From the NCBI GenBank assembly GCA_903831815.1, contig CAIKZC010000010.1:14914-78913 (forward strand): a DNA stretch of 64,000 nucleotides, written 5' to 3'. Below the pieces are notes generated by a model. It was not told the DNA's origin. It saw only the letters and a program-made list of their open reading frames with translations, and made no database searches. Origin of the DNA: an uncultured bacterium (GTDB lineage: Bacteria > Patescibacteriota > Minisyncoccia > Phycocordibacterales > UBA11359). Of the stretch, positions 26,336-35,502 are shown in pieces. Made by a program: the position numbers and the translations under genes. The first letter of the stretch is position 1, and each line of letters opens with the position of its first letter.

Positions 26336-27860
26336 ATTCAGATACTTCGGCAGTGGTGAGCGTAAAATGGGAGCGCGCCGCAGGCGCGCTGTAGGGTGAG
26401 AGGGAGGATTTCCCCTTGCGGGTGCGGACGAAAATGGAGGGCGGGCAAAATGAGATTGAGATAGTTTTGTCTTTTAGCGCGGGGTTCGTTCCAAAAGAGC
26501 GGAGAAAATCTCTCATCTCATGGAGATTTTCGCCCGTTGCCAGAAACCCCGCGCGTTTTGAATCCAAAATCCATTTCCGCAGGGGTTCGACCCAATTCTT
26601 TCTCTCGGCTCGGGCAGATGAAGATTTTGCTTGAAGCGAAAGTTTTTGACGCATGAGTGCGTCTTTTTTGGTCAAATATATCTCGCGCTCAATATCTTGG
26701 TTTAAGTACAAATCAACAAGTGCGTCTAACTTCGCTTCAAGAGTCTTCAAATCTTCCTTCATCTGCCCGAGACGATTTCCCGAAGCGTTGATTTCATCGT
26801 GCTCAAATTCTCCAACTTTTTTGAGCATATAATCTGCCCACGCTTCGGGAAACGACACTGATTGAAGCTGTTCCTTTATTTGGAGAGCGAGCGCACCTTC
26901 CTGCAAATATCCCTGACTACATTTTCCTTTCTTTTTCGTGCAACGATAATAGCGATACCTCCCGCCCATTTTTCCAGTACACCATTGAGCAGTAATCATA
27001 GAGTCACATTCGCCGCAACGAAAAAGACCGGTGAAAGGAAAATTGTGGGATATTTTGCTATGCCTCGGATGCGCTCGCTCCTCCAATCTTTTCTGTACAG
27101 CTTCAAACAGGGTCGGAGAAAGAATCGGTGCAAAGCTTCCGGGAAAAAATTCCCCATGATGTTTGGTGAAGCCGAGATACGCTCGATTGGTCAATATTCT
27201 TTTCACGGAAGCTTTGCCAAGTGGCGTTCCGGACTTTTGTGCTACACCGTGGAGAGCCAAAAACTGCGACAACGAAACTAGGGTATGTGAACCTTTTACA
27301 TATTCTTCATATGCTCGAACAATGATTTTAGATTTCACTGGATCAGGCTCTATGTTACGCGTAACGGGATTGTTCACATACCCGAATGGAGCCCGAGTCA
27401 ACCACTCTCCTCGTCGCAGTTTTTGGCGCATACCTCGCTCAACGTTTTGCTTTAAGTTGTCAGAATAATACTTACTTTGTCCGAACGCCACTTGAAGCAT
27501 AAAGAGACCATGCGGAGTTGGCTCAAACCAAAATGTCGGAAAGCGCAAAGAGACTATTTTAGAAGTGTCGACGGCATAAATGATGCGTCCACCGTCAATG
27601 CTGTTTCTGGCTAGACGGTCGGGGTGCCAGGCGAGAATTCCAACATTACCGACTTTCTCAATTTTAAGCATCATTTTGCCGAACACTTCTCTTCCGGGGC
27701 TCTTGGCGCTTTTCGACTCTTGAAATTCCTCAAGGATTTCAAGATTTTCTCTGCTCGCAAATTCACGAAGTTCTACAAGCTGGGCAGGAATGCTCATGAC
27801 TTGCTTGTCGTCATCTTCAGTACTCTTGCGAGCATAGAGAAAATATTTTGGTTTGTTCAT
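26322..27860 (-). CDS. Large serine recombinase LSR3
   Basis: 'FLYARKST', 'WHPDRLARN', 'APFGY', zinc ribbon 'FRCGEC...YYRC', coiled coil. Confidence 0.95.
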   Translation of the reverse strand: MNKPKYFLYARKSTEDDDKQVMSIPAQLVELREFASRENLEILEEFQESKSAKSPGREVFGKMMLKIEKVGNVGILAWHPDRLARNSIDGGRIIYAVDTSKIVSLRFPTFWFEPTPHGLFMLQVAFGQSKYYSDNLKQNVERGMRQKLRRGEWLTRAPFGYVNNPVTRNIEPDPVKSKIIVRAYEEYVKGSHTLVSLSQFLALHGVAQKSGTPLGKASVKRILTNRAYLGFTKHHGEFFPGSFAPILSPTLFEAVQKRLEERAHPRHSKISHNFPFTGLFRCGECDSMITAQWCTGKMGGRYRYYRCTKKKGKCSQGYLQEGALALQIKEQLQSVSFPEAWADYMLKKVGEFEHDEINASGNRLGQMKEDLKTLEAKLDALVDLYLNQDIEREIYLTKKDALMRQKLSLQAKSSSARAERKNWVEPLRKWILDSKRAGFLATGENLHEMRDFLRSFGTNPALKDKTISISFCPPSIFVRTRKGKSSLSPYSAPAARSHFTLTTAEVSECDPR

Positions 27861-28021
27861 ATATATGTTTTGGATTCAAAAAAGGAAACTATCTCAATCT
27901 CATTTTGCCCGCCCTCCATTTTCGTCCGCACCCGCAAGGGGAAATCCTCCCTCTCACCCTACAGCGCGCCTGCGGCGCGCTCCCATTTTACGCTCACCCC
28001 TGCCGAAGTATCTGAATGTGA
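26332..28021. repeat. 136-bp inverted repeats bracketing LSR3 (26332-26467 / 27886-28021)
   Basis: Direct comparison shows one mismatch (ACCACTGCC vs ACCCCTGCC); an additional 14-bp IR at 26556-26569 / 27868-27881. Confidence 0.92.
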
Positions 28022-28073
28022 TCTAATTGTATCCTTTGGAAAAAAGTTCGTGCAAAGGATACAATTAGATCAC
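28018..28073. repeat. Perfect 21-bp hairpin ending at the island's right att core
   Basis: GTGATCTAATTGTATCCTTTG-(14 nt)-CAAAGGATACAATTAGATCAC. Confidence 0.9.
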
Positions 28074-28090
28074 CGCGTCATTTTATTTTT

Positions 28091-29023
28091 CTATTTTACC
28101 AAAGCATATACAATGCCCGGTTTTTCTATGATGCTGTAATTTTTGTTATATTTTAATATCAATTCCCTTATTTTCTCTCCGTCACCCTTATTGTGATATG
28201 TGCAGATTGAAAGTTTCGGCGCAAATTTTTCGAGAGTGATTTTGGCGCCCTCAAGAGCTTTTAATTCCGCTCCTTCAATGTCCATTTTAATAAAATCAAT
28301 TTGAGATAATTTTTCTTTTATTACAAAATCATCGATCGTGGTCATGTTTTCATGAGTTTGAACTCCGCAAAAAAGCGGGACAATGGTAATTCGCGTACCA
28401 TTCAATTCTTTGATTAATTCTATTGGTCTGGCGTTTATTGGATCAGGTTCAAATGCAAAAACATTCTTCGCACCTTTAGCCGAACAAACTGCGGAAAAAT
28501 CGCCGGGTCCGGCACCAATATCAAAAACGACGTCACCTGGCTTGATGTTCACTTCATCAAAAAAATACGTAAAACCGTGGGCTACGAGATGCGAGTATTT
28601 AAAACCTGGTTCAATTCTGCCAATATTGTCTTTCCAATATATTAGTCTGGAATATTCTTTTTTTAGTGAAGAATAAAAGACTTCGTTTTGTTGATCGTTG
28701 TAAATGAATTTTTCGGCGTGCGGAATTAAAACATTGAACATTGAATCCGCGATCACTTTGAAAGGGATTTTAATGCCGGCAAAATCATAATATTCTCCAT
28801 TCTTGTATTTATGCCAAATTTTATTGAATTTGCGACAATTTCGATCGTATTCAACATAATCTTTTACACCATTTATGATGTTTTTTGGATCAACTTTTAA
28901 AATATGTATGATTCTCTTGATCCATCGATAGCTGGGGCTGGGTAAATAGTATAAAAAATGAAGAACTTTGGATTTGGCCAATTTCGGACGAATTTTATTT
29001 AGAAATTTCTTTAATGAATGCAT
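28091..29023 (-). CDS. FkbM-family methyltransferase
   Basis: 'VVFDIGAGPG', 'AFEPD', 'FIKMDIEGAELKALEGA'. Confidence 0.9.
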   Translation of the reverse strand: MHSLKKFLNKIRPKLAKSKVLHFLYYLPSPSYRWIKRIIHILKVDPKNIINGVKDYVEYDRNCRKFNKIWHKYKNGEYYDFAGIKIPFKVIADSMFNVLIPHAEKFIYNDQQNEVFYSSLKKEYSRLIYWKDNIGRIEPGFKYSHLVAHGFTYFFDEVNIKPGDVVFDIGAGPGDFSAVCSAKGAKNVFAFEPDPINARPIELIKELNGTRITIVPLFCGVQTHENMTTIDDFVIKEKLSQIDFIKMDIEGAELKALEGAKITLEKFAPKLSICTYHNKGDGEKIRELILKYNKNYSIIEKPGIVYALVK

Positions 29024-29078
29024 ATTAGGTGGATGATAACACGCTTTACTTTTATATGATATATTTGAATTTAAAGTT

Positions 29079-29690
29079 ATGGATTTGAAATCGACTTATA
29101 ACAGAATAGCCGACGATTGGTTTAGGGATCACAAAGATGATGATTGGTGGCGTGAAGGTACGACAAAATTTATTTCCTATTTACCAAAAAATGCATCTAT
29201 TCTGGATATTGGCTGTGGGTCCGGAATGAAATCAAGATTTCTGGCTGACAACGGTTTCGAGGTTACTGGAATGGATTTTTCCGAAAAAATGATCGAGATT
29301 GCCAAAAGGGAATTGCCGAATATAAACTTTTTTGTTGGTGACGTATATGACATGGATTCATATCCGGAAAAATACGACGCGGTTTTTGCTCAGGCGATGC
29401 TTCTGCATATTCCCAAAAATGATGTCTTAAAAATTTTGGAAAAATTCAAGAATAAATTGAATAAGAACGGATTTCTGTATCTGGCCGTTAAAGAAGTGAA
29501 AAGTGACGGTTTGGCCGAAAAGGTAGTCAAAGAAAACGATTACGGCTATGAGTATGAAAGATTTTTCAGCTTTTTCACTTTGCCGGAAATTATGGAATAC
29601 ATTAACAAACTAGGACTGAAACTAGTTTGGGATGACGTAGCAAATTCCGGTAGAACAAATTGGATACAGGTTATTGCTCAGAATATTTAA
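29079..29690 (+). CDS. Class I SAM-dependent methyltransferase
   Basis: 'ILDIGCGSG', 'GMDFS', 'AMLLHIP'. Confidence 0.9.
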   Translation: MDLKSTYNRIADDWFRDHKDDDWWREGTTKFISYLPKNASILDIGCGSGMKSRFLADNGFEVTGMDFSEKMIEIAKRELPNINFFVGDVYDMDSYPEKYDAVFAQAMLLHIPKNDVLKILEKFKNKLNKNGFLYLAVKEVKSDGLAEKVVKENDYGYEYERFFSFFTLPEIMEYINKLGLKLVWDDVANSGRTNWIQVIAQNI

Positions 29691-29702
29691 AGTGTATAAT
29701 AA

Positions 29703-30137
29703 ATGGGTATGGAACAAATAATTTTACAGGTTGGGGTGAAAATTTTGCTGAAAAATAAAGAAGGAAAATATTTGCTCAATCGTCGAAATCCGAAAAAATA
29801 TCCGGAAGGTGGCGGTCCGAAATGGGATGTTGTTGGCGGCAGGATCGACCCCGGCAGTTCATTGATGGAAAATCTCGATCGTGAAGTAATGGAAGAGACT
29901 GGCTTAAAGATTTTATCCAAACCGGTTTTGGTTGGAGCGCAAGATATTTTGCGATTGCCAGGAAGGCATGTTGTGCGTTTGACTTACACAGGCGATACCG
30001 AAGGTGAACCAGTTTTGAGTGAAGAAAGTTTAGATTTTGGTTGGTTTACTGCTGCCGAGATCAAAGCTATGCCTGAAACCGAATTGGATACTTACGTCAA
30101 AGAATTGATCGACAAAAATTTGTTGCAGATCAGTTAG
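29703..30137 (+). CDS. NUDIX hydrolase
   Basis: 'GGRIDPGSSLMENLDREVMEETG'. Confidence 0.9.
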   Translation: MGMEQIILQVGVKILLKNKEGKYLLNRRNPKKYPEGGGPKWDVVGGRIDPGSSLMENLDREVMEETGLKILSKPVLVGAQDILRLPGRHVVRLTYTGDTEGEPVLSEESLDFGWFTAAEIKAMPETELDTYVKELIDKNLLQIS

Positions 30138-30141
30138 TTTT

Positions 30142-31080
30142 TTACTTCGCGCGGAGGTGAAGGTAGATGTCTTCGAGAGCTTTGGTGCCGTCGCCAGCCG
30201 CGATGTTGTTTTGATGATAGAGACCATCGGTGACGTCTCCGGCCGCCCAGATGCCTTCAGCTGAGGTTTTTTGCGTGCGTGGATCAACGATGATGTGTCC
30301 GGTTTTATTGAGTTCAACAACACCTTTTAGAAAATCGGTATTTGGTAGGGAACCAATCTCGACGAAAATACCGCTGACAGGCAACTCGATATTCTTGCCG
30401 GTATTTTTATCCAAATAGACGATTGAAGTTACAAATTTGTCGCCTTTGATTTCGACGAGCTCGGTGTTGGTGACAGCGCGCATTTGGGGATGAGAAAGCA
30501 CCTTTTTAACGGTGACTTCATCGGCGCGATATTCTGTTCCGCGCTGGATGAGGGTAACACTTTTACAGTAGGCGAGTAGTTGCGCAGCGGATTCAAATGC
30601 AGCATTGCCTCCACCAATCACAGCAACATCCATGGCGGCAAAAAGCGGTCCGTCGCAAGACGCACAATAAGTGACACCTTTATTTTCAAAAGTGGTAGCG
30701 CCTGGAATATTTAATTTACGTCGATTACTTCCAGTTGTAATTAAAATTGTTTTGACTTCGTAAGTATTTTTGGTTGAAGTTATTTTGAAATTTGTGCCGT
30801 TGGTATCATCAGGAATCTTTTCAATTTTCTGGACAAGCTCACCTTCTTTCAAATCCAAAATTCCTTCGGCGTAGGCCAGCAAATGTTTTTTTAAATTTTT
30901 GGCAAAATCTGCTCCGGAAATCGAAGGTGTTCCTATCCAATTCTGAATATCAGTTGAAACCACGCTCTGGCTCTCAAAATCCTTAGTAATAAAAACGGTT
31001 TTAAGTCTTTTGCGCGCAGCATAAACCCCCGCGGCCACACCCGCCGGCCCACCACCCAAAATTGCTAAGTCGTATATCAT
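30142..31080 (-). CDS. trxB: Thioredoxin reductase-like FAD oxidoreductase
   Basis: 'GGGPAG', 'YCASCDG', 'GGGNAA', 'AAGDVT'. Confidence 0.9.
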   Translation of the reverse strand: MIYDLAILGGGPAGVAAGVYAARKRLKTVFITKDFESQSVVSTDIQNWIGTPSISGADFAKNLKKHLLAYAEGILDLKEGELVQKIEKIPDDTNGTNFKITSTKNTYEVKTILITTGSNRRKLNIPGATTFENKGVTYCASCDGPLFAAMDVAVIGGGNAAFESAAQLLAYCKSVTLIQRGTEYRADEVTVKKVLSHPQMRAVTNTELVEIKGDKFVTSIVYLDKNTGKNIELPVSGIFVEIGSLPNTDFLKGVVELNKTGHIIVDPRTQKTSAEGIWAAGDVTDGLYHQNNIAAGDGTKALEDIYLHLRAK

Positions 31081-31097
31081 AGTTTAGACATTATATC

Positions 31098-31215
31098 GCA
31101 AAGCACAGAAAAGAGCGACCGAGAGGGGCTCTCGGACGCCGACGGGCGGAGAGTGAGCGCAATTTTCAGCAGAAAATTGACGCGGACCCTCGAGGTGCTT
31201 TTTTCTGTGCTTTGC
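31098..31215 (+). repeat. Structured intergenic repeat, copy 1
   Basis: Outer IR plus conserved core CGCC-GACG-GGCG and CAATTTTC-AGCA-GAAAATTG. Confidence 0.8.
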
Positions 31216-31221
31216 TTTAAA

Positions 31222-32439
31222 CTATTTAATCTTTGATCGTCTTAGAAACGCCGGTACTGCGCCCCAGTCATCGTCATGTTCTTCAATCTGTGGTAACTTC
31301 TTGTCATCAGTAATAACCGTAACTTTCGGAGTTTCTTTAACTTCTGCCTTTGTCTCTTTTGGAGTACTAATACTGTTGAAAATTTTACCTCGTTTTTCTT
31401 TTTCCTCAGGTTCTGCTGCTGCAGTGTGGGTAGGGAACAAAGAATGTTTAGCGGTGCCACCCGGGAATCCGGCTGCAACTACAGTCACACGCACTTCACC
31501 TTTTTGCATTCGATCATCGTGAATAGTTCCGAAAATAACTTTGGCGTCACTGTCGATAGATTCGGTAATAATTTTGGCTGCATCCTGAATTTCGTACATC
31601 GTGAGGTCATCACCGCCGGCAATCGAGAAGAGTACACCTTTGGCTCCGTGAATTGAAAGATCAAGAAGAGGAGAATTGATAGCGGCCTTGGCTGCGTCCT
31701 CCGCTCGTTTCTCGCCACTGCCGTTTCCAACACCCATAAGCGCGGAACCGGAGTTTTGCAAAATTGATCGGATATCGGCGAAGTCGATGTTGATAAATCC
31801 AGGGATGGTAATAAGATCGGAAATTCCTTCAACGGCTTGTTTCAAAACTTCATCGCAAGTTGCGAATGCGCTTTTGGCAGTCGTCTCTTTTGTAATGACG
31901 GCAAGTAATCGATCGTTTGGAATGACAATAATGGCATCAACTTCTTTGCGAAGTTCTTCGAGACCTTGTTCAGCCAATCGCATTCGGTGTTGTCCTTCAA
32001 AGAAAAATGGTTTGGTAACAACTGCGATGGTGAGTGCGCCTTGTTCTTTGGCGGTACGTGCAATACCGGGAGCTGCACCGGTGCAAGTGCCTCCGCCGAA
32101 ACCACCGGCGATAAAGACCATGTCTGCGCCTTTCAAAGCTTCCTGAACTTCTTCTTTGGTTTCTTCAACGGCGCGTTTGCCCATGTCCGGATTCATGCCA
32201 GTCCCGAGACCTTTAGTGAGGTTTTTGCCGATGTGAATTTTTTTCTGCGCTAGAGAATTATGTAAATCTTGAGCATCTGTGTTAATGGCAATAAATTCAA
32301 CACCTTTAACTTTGGCGTTGACCATGTGATTGAGGGCGTTTTTGCCGGATCCACCGACACCGACAACCTTTATTCGAGCAAATGTTTGAACTTCTGGTTT
32401 TATTTGTGGCATGTTGTTTGCAGGTCTTTTTGAGGCCAT
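31222..32439 (-). CDS. ftsZ: Cell division protein FtsZ
   Basis: 'IKVVGVGGSG', 'GGGTCTG', 'INIDFAD', C-terminal 'VPAFLR'. Confidence 0.98.
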   Translation of the reverse strand: MASKRPANNMPQIKPEVQTFARIKVVGVGGSGKNALNHMVNAKVKGVEFIAINTDAQDLHNSLAQKKIHIGKNLTKGLGTGMNPDMGKRAVEETKEEVQEALKGADMVFIAGGFGGGTCTGAAPGIARTAKEQGALTIAVVTKPFFFEGQHRMRLAEQGLEELRKEVDAIIVIPNDRLLAVITKETTAKSAFATCDEVLKQAVEGISDLITIPGFINIDFADIRSILQNSGSALMGVGNGSGEKRAEDAAKAAINSPLLDLSIHGAKGVLFSIAGGDDLTMYEIQDAAKIITESIDSDAKVIFGTIHDDRMQKGEVRVTVVAAGFPGGTAKHSLFPTHTAAAEPEEKEKRGKIFNSISTPKETKAEVKETPKVTVITDDKKLPQIEEHDDDWGAVPAFLRRSKIK

Positions 32440-32538
32440 TGCGCAGTTGGTTAATAAACGTTACCTATTTGCGGTCAATCATAGCAGATATTAAAAAAAA
32501 GCAAAACCCCTTGTACCGGCAGTCTTTTTGTGCTGTAA

Positions 32539-33708
32539 CTAAGGGAGAAATTGTTGAATGAACTTCCAAAGCTTACTGAAATATTCCTTAATTAGACCGT
32601 TGTTGTTGCGCGAATATCCGTTATCGCCGTTTAGACCAAAAATGCACAATCCGTAAGCTACCGACCACATGGAATTTTTAATTTGAGGACGAGTGACGCC
32701 GTCGGCGATAAGGTCGGCAATCCTTGAAGGAAGTTTGAGGGTGTCTTTGGCTTGGTCTTCGATGCTGGTCGTGTCCGATCCGCCACCGGTGATGACGATA
32801 CCGGCCGGCAACATACCGTTGCGATTTATTTTTCGCAAATGCGAATCGATCAGTTCAAAAATATCCGAAAGACGCGCGCCGATAATTTCTTCCAACTTTT
32901 TTCGCGGATATGTACTACCGCCGCTGATCTTAACCTTCTCAGCTTCTTCCAAAGGAATTTTTAATCCGAGCGCGATGTCGTTGGTGATGTCGTTGGAGCC
33001 GATTGGGAAAACTTCGAGAGAGATAGGAATATTGTTTTCAAAAACTACGATCGAAACCGTTTCTGCACCGATGTTAGCCAAGACGACGCCGGCGACTTTT
33101 TGCGCTTTGGTCAAAGTTACGAGGCTTGAAGCGAGCGGTGCGGCCATGACATCTTCAACGATGATGCCAGCTTCGCCGACCGCGGCAATTAAGTCGTTCA
33201 AATGTTGTTCGAGCGCGGAGATAAATAATATCCTTGTTTCCAGCTTTAGACCTTTCATGCCCTGCGGTCGTCCCATCAACGTCTTACCATCGATTCGATA
33301 TGCAATCGGTACGACATTTATTATTTTTCTGTTGAGAGAAAGAGGTCCGGGAATTTCTTGTTCGCAAACTTCCTGAACTTTTTTGACATCAAGATCGGTG
33401 ATCTCAGAATCGCCACGCGAAACCATAACCGCTCCTTGGCTAGTGTAGCCGGTCAGGCCAACGCCACCAACTGCTAAATAGGCTTTTTTGATCTGAACAC
33501 CGGAAGTTTTTTCCGCTTGAGCGGCGGCTTTTCTGATCGAACGCACAACTTCGCTGGAATTCATTATATAACCATGACGCAAGCCTTTTGATTCGGCTAT
33601 GCCGGTACCAATGATTCTTTCTGTTTTTGTTTGAGGATCGCTCTCGGCCACCACCACTTTGATCTGGTAGCTACCAATGTCGATTCCAACTGCGATGTGT
33701 CGTGTCAT
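32539..33708 (-). CDS. ftsA: Cell division protein FtsA
   Basis: 'GIDIGS', 'IGSNDITNDIA', 'GIVITGGGS'; adjacent to ftsZ. Confidence 0.95.
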   Translation of the reverse strand: MTRHIAVGIDIGSYQIKVVVAESDPQTKTERIIGTGIAESKGLRHGYIMNSSEVVRSIRKAAAQAEKTSGVQIKKAYLAVGGVGLTGYTSQGAVMVSRGDSEITDLDVKKVQEVCEQEIPGPLSLNRKIINVVPIAYRIDGKTLMGRPQGMKGLKLETRILFISALEQHLNDLIAAVGEAGIIVEDVMAAPLASSLVTLTKAQKVAGVVLANIGAETVSIVVFENNIPISLEVFPIGSNDITNDIALGLKIPLEEAEKVKISGGSTYPRKKLEEIIGARLSDIFELIDSHLRKINRNGMLPAGIVITGGGSDTTSIEDQAKDTLKLPSRIADLIADGVTRPQIKNSMWSVAYGLCIFGLNGDNGYSRNNNGLIKEYFSKLWKFIQQFLP

Positions 33709-33720
33709 CTATTAAATTTT

Positions 33721-34098
33721 TTAGACTCGAAATTCTTGACGGAATGTCTGTTCTATACTCTCCATTGTACTACTATGATCGAAACCTTTCAAATGCACTA
33801 AACCGTGGATAACTAGAAAAGCGACGAAATTGTCGAAATCGCGTTCAAATTTTGATGCTTCTTTTTTAGCTTCAGAAAAACAGAGGAAAATTTCACCGGA
33901 ATTTTCGGTCAGGGGGAAGCTCAGGATGTCGGTCGGCTTATTTTTGTTACGAAATCTCTTGTTGATTTGTTTTATTTCGTCGGCATCAACGATTGTGAGA
34001 CTAAGATCGTATTTTTCGCCCAAAATTTTCTCAACCATTTTATCATATGGGTGATTTGGCAGTTTTTCTTTTGTGATATTGGTAATTGTGAGTGACAT
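33721..34098 (-). CDS. ybeY: rRNA maturation RNase YbeY
   Basis: 'PTDILSF', 'HGLVHLKGFDH'. Confidence 0.95.
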   Translation of the reverse strand: MSLTITNITKEKLPNHPYDKMVEKILGEKYDLSLTIVDADEIKQINKRFRNKNKPTDILSFPLTENSGEIFLCFSEAKKEASKFERDFDNFVAFLVIHGLVHLKGFDHSSTMESIEQTFRQEFRV

Positions 34099-34148
34099 GG
34101 TTACTTAAAATTTTTTAAAAGAAAACCCTCGAGTGAGGGTTCCTTTGT

Positions 34149-34388
34149 TTAACGTCGTGGAGCTTTTTCGATGATCTTACCGAGCTTGATGAGGCGACGG
34201 GTTTCGGCTTGTCGACCGAGAGTGGCCAGGGTGTGTTTCTTTTTGGTGTATTCCGAAGGCTTGCGAGCTTTGTATCGGTTGGATCGAACTTTGCGCAAAA
34301 CGCCGGCGCTTTGAACACGCTTGGTAAATCGCTTGATCATGTTAATGCTGCTTTCGTTTGGGTTCTTCTCTATTTGTACGTTTATCAT
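34149..34388 (-). CDS. rpsU: 30S ribosomal protein S21-like
   Basis: 'NESSINMIKRFTKRVQSAGVL...RYKARKPS'; basic 79-aa protein. Confidence 0.7.
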   Translation of the reverse strand: MINVQIEKNPNESSINMIKRFTKRVQSAGVLRKVRSNRYKARKPSEYTKKKHTLATLGRQAETRRLIKLGKIIEKAPRR

Positions 34389-34550
34389 GTGGAAATACCA
34401 TAGCATAGGGCCATTTTTTTGGCAAGTATGCGAAAAAATCCTATGCATTAAAATTTTTTGTATATAAAAAAGTCCCTCCCACGCGCCTTTGCTCACGTGA
34501 GAGGGAACCGAACTGCCCTAGACCTACGAATGGTCCTCGAACCAAGTCTG

Positions 34551-34841
34551 TTATGCTGCTGGTTTTCGTTCGACTAGTTTTGACCACTTCTCACGATCTG
34601 TCAGAAGTTTATCGATGGAACGATCAAATTCCTCCTGTTCCTCAAACCAATCAGAAGGACAATAGTCATGGAATTTGACCACCCACAGTTTTTTCTTGAA
34701 TACCAACACGTGGGCAAAATATCCTTCGCCTGCTTGAATCCTATGATTGCACTGCGCACAGTCTCCGTGGTCTTTGTGAGCCACGCTTTCAAACCAACGA
34801 AGCATGCGAGGCCTTTTGGGGGCCCTCATGATTTTCATCAT
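34551..34841 (-). CDS. Hypothetical protein with CxxC...HxxC motif
   Basis: 'CAQCNHRIQAGEGY...HDYC'; SD AGGAGG; downstream hairpin ~34472-34506. Confidence 0.65.
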   Translation of the reverse strand: MMKIMRAPKRPRMLRWFESVAHKDHGDCAQCNHRIQAGEGYFAHVLVFKKKLWVVKFHDYCPSDWFEEQEEFDRSIDKLLTDREKWSKLVERKPAA

Positions 34842-35013
34842 TCAAGACCTCCTTTTTGTACTTGTTTCTGGTGTAAATATACTTGGAAAATAACTAATTG
34901 CAAAGAAAAATTTGTAGTTGACAAATAGCTAACGAGTATGGTATAATATCAGACAGAAAAGTGTCGTATCGTTCTATATCATTTAGTATCCAACCCCTAA
35001 CATGGAGGAACAA

Positions 35014-35418
35014 ATGGGTCAGGAAAGAATAACGAATGAGGATGGTGTTTCAGACACCACGATCAAGGAGTGGGTCACCGAAGCGCGTGTTTCGAGAAAG
35101 CTAACACCGGAGATGTCGAAAGAAGCGCGGCGTGATGCAACGGTAAAGGCTTTCGAGAAGGTGTTGATTAAGCATAACCGATCCCTATTACTATCCAGTG
35201 AAAAGGGACAGCGCTTGAAACATCGCATGCATGTTGAATCAGGATTCCGAGGCGGTTGCGTAACCGCCCGGCGTCGGCAGATTCAGCAAGAGCTTGATGC
35301 GGAAGCTGGTGCGGAGGAGGTTGAAAAAACCCGATCCAAACGCCAAGCGAAGCAACATGCGACAGCGCCAACGCTTGTCTTCGCAAGATCACTCTTCGAT
35401 ACTACGAGGTTGTATTAG
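35014..35418 (+). CDS. Hypothetical protein
   Basis: SD GGAGG; upstream TTGACA/TATAAT; downstream terminator. Confidence 0.6.
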   Translation: MGQERITNEDGVSDTTIKEWVTEARVSRKLTPEMSKEARRDATVKAFEKVLIKHNRSLLLSSEKGQRLKHRMHVESGFRGGCVTARRRQIQQELDAEAGAEEVEKTRSKRQAKQHATAPTLVFARSLFDTTRLY

Positions 35419-35437
35419 AAACCAACTTCAATAAGCA

Positions 35438-35467
35438 AACGGGACTTTCCTTTCGGAAAGTCCCGTT
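35438..35467. terminator. Intrinsic terminator
   Basis: AACGGGACTTTCC-TTTC-GGAAAGTCCCGTT. Confidence 0.75.
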
Positions 35468-35502
35468 ATCTTTTGTATTTTTTTATTTTAATTTTTATTT
35501 CG

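Larger units (their letters stand above)
9039..28074. mobile_element. Composite genomic island of tandem LSR elements at the tRNA-Glu 3' end
   Basis: Three serine recombinases; (G)TCAC cores at 9039, 18497, 25739, 26331 and 28070, three of them inside an LSR 3' end; accessory gene content. Confidence 0.85.

Noticed and set aside
27624-28139. 171-aa + strand ORF containing the LSR3 C-terminal peptide
   Set aside because: A by-product of the inverted duplication plus antisense reading of the LSR3 5' end; no credible start
32693-33376. Long antisense ORFs over ftsA (likewise over ftsZ, valS, gyrA and clpB)
   Set aside because: Shadow ORFs opposite well-supported conserved genes
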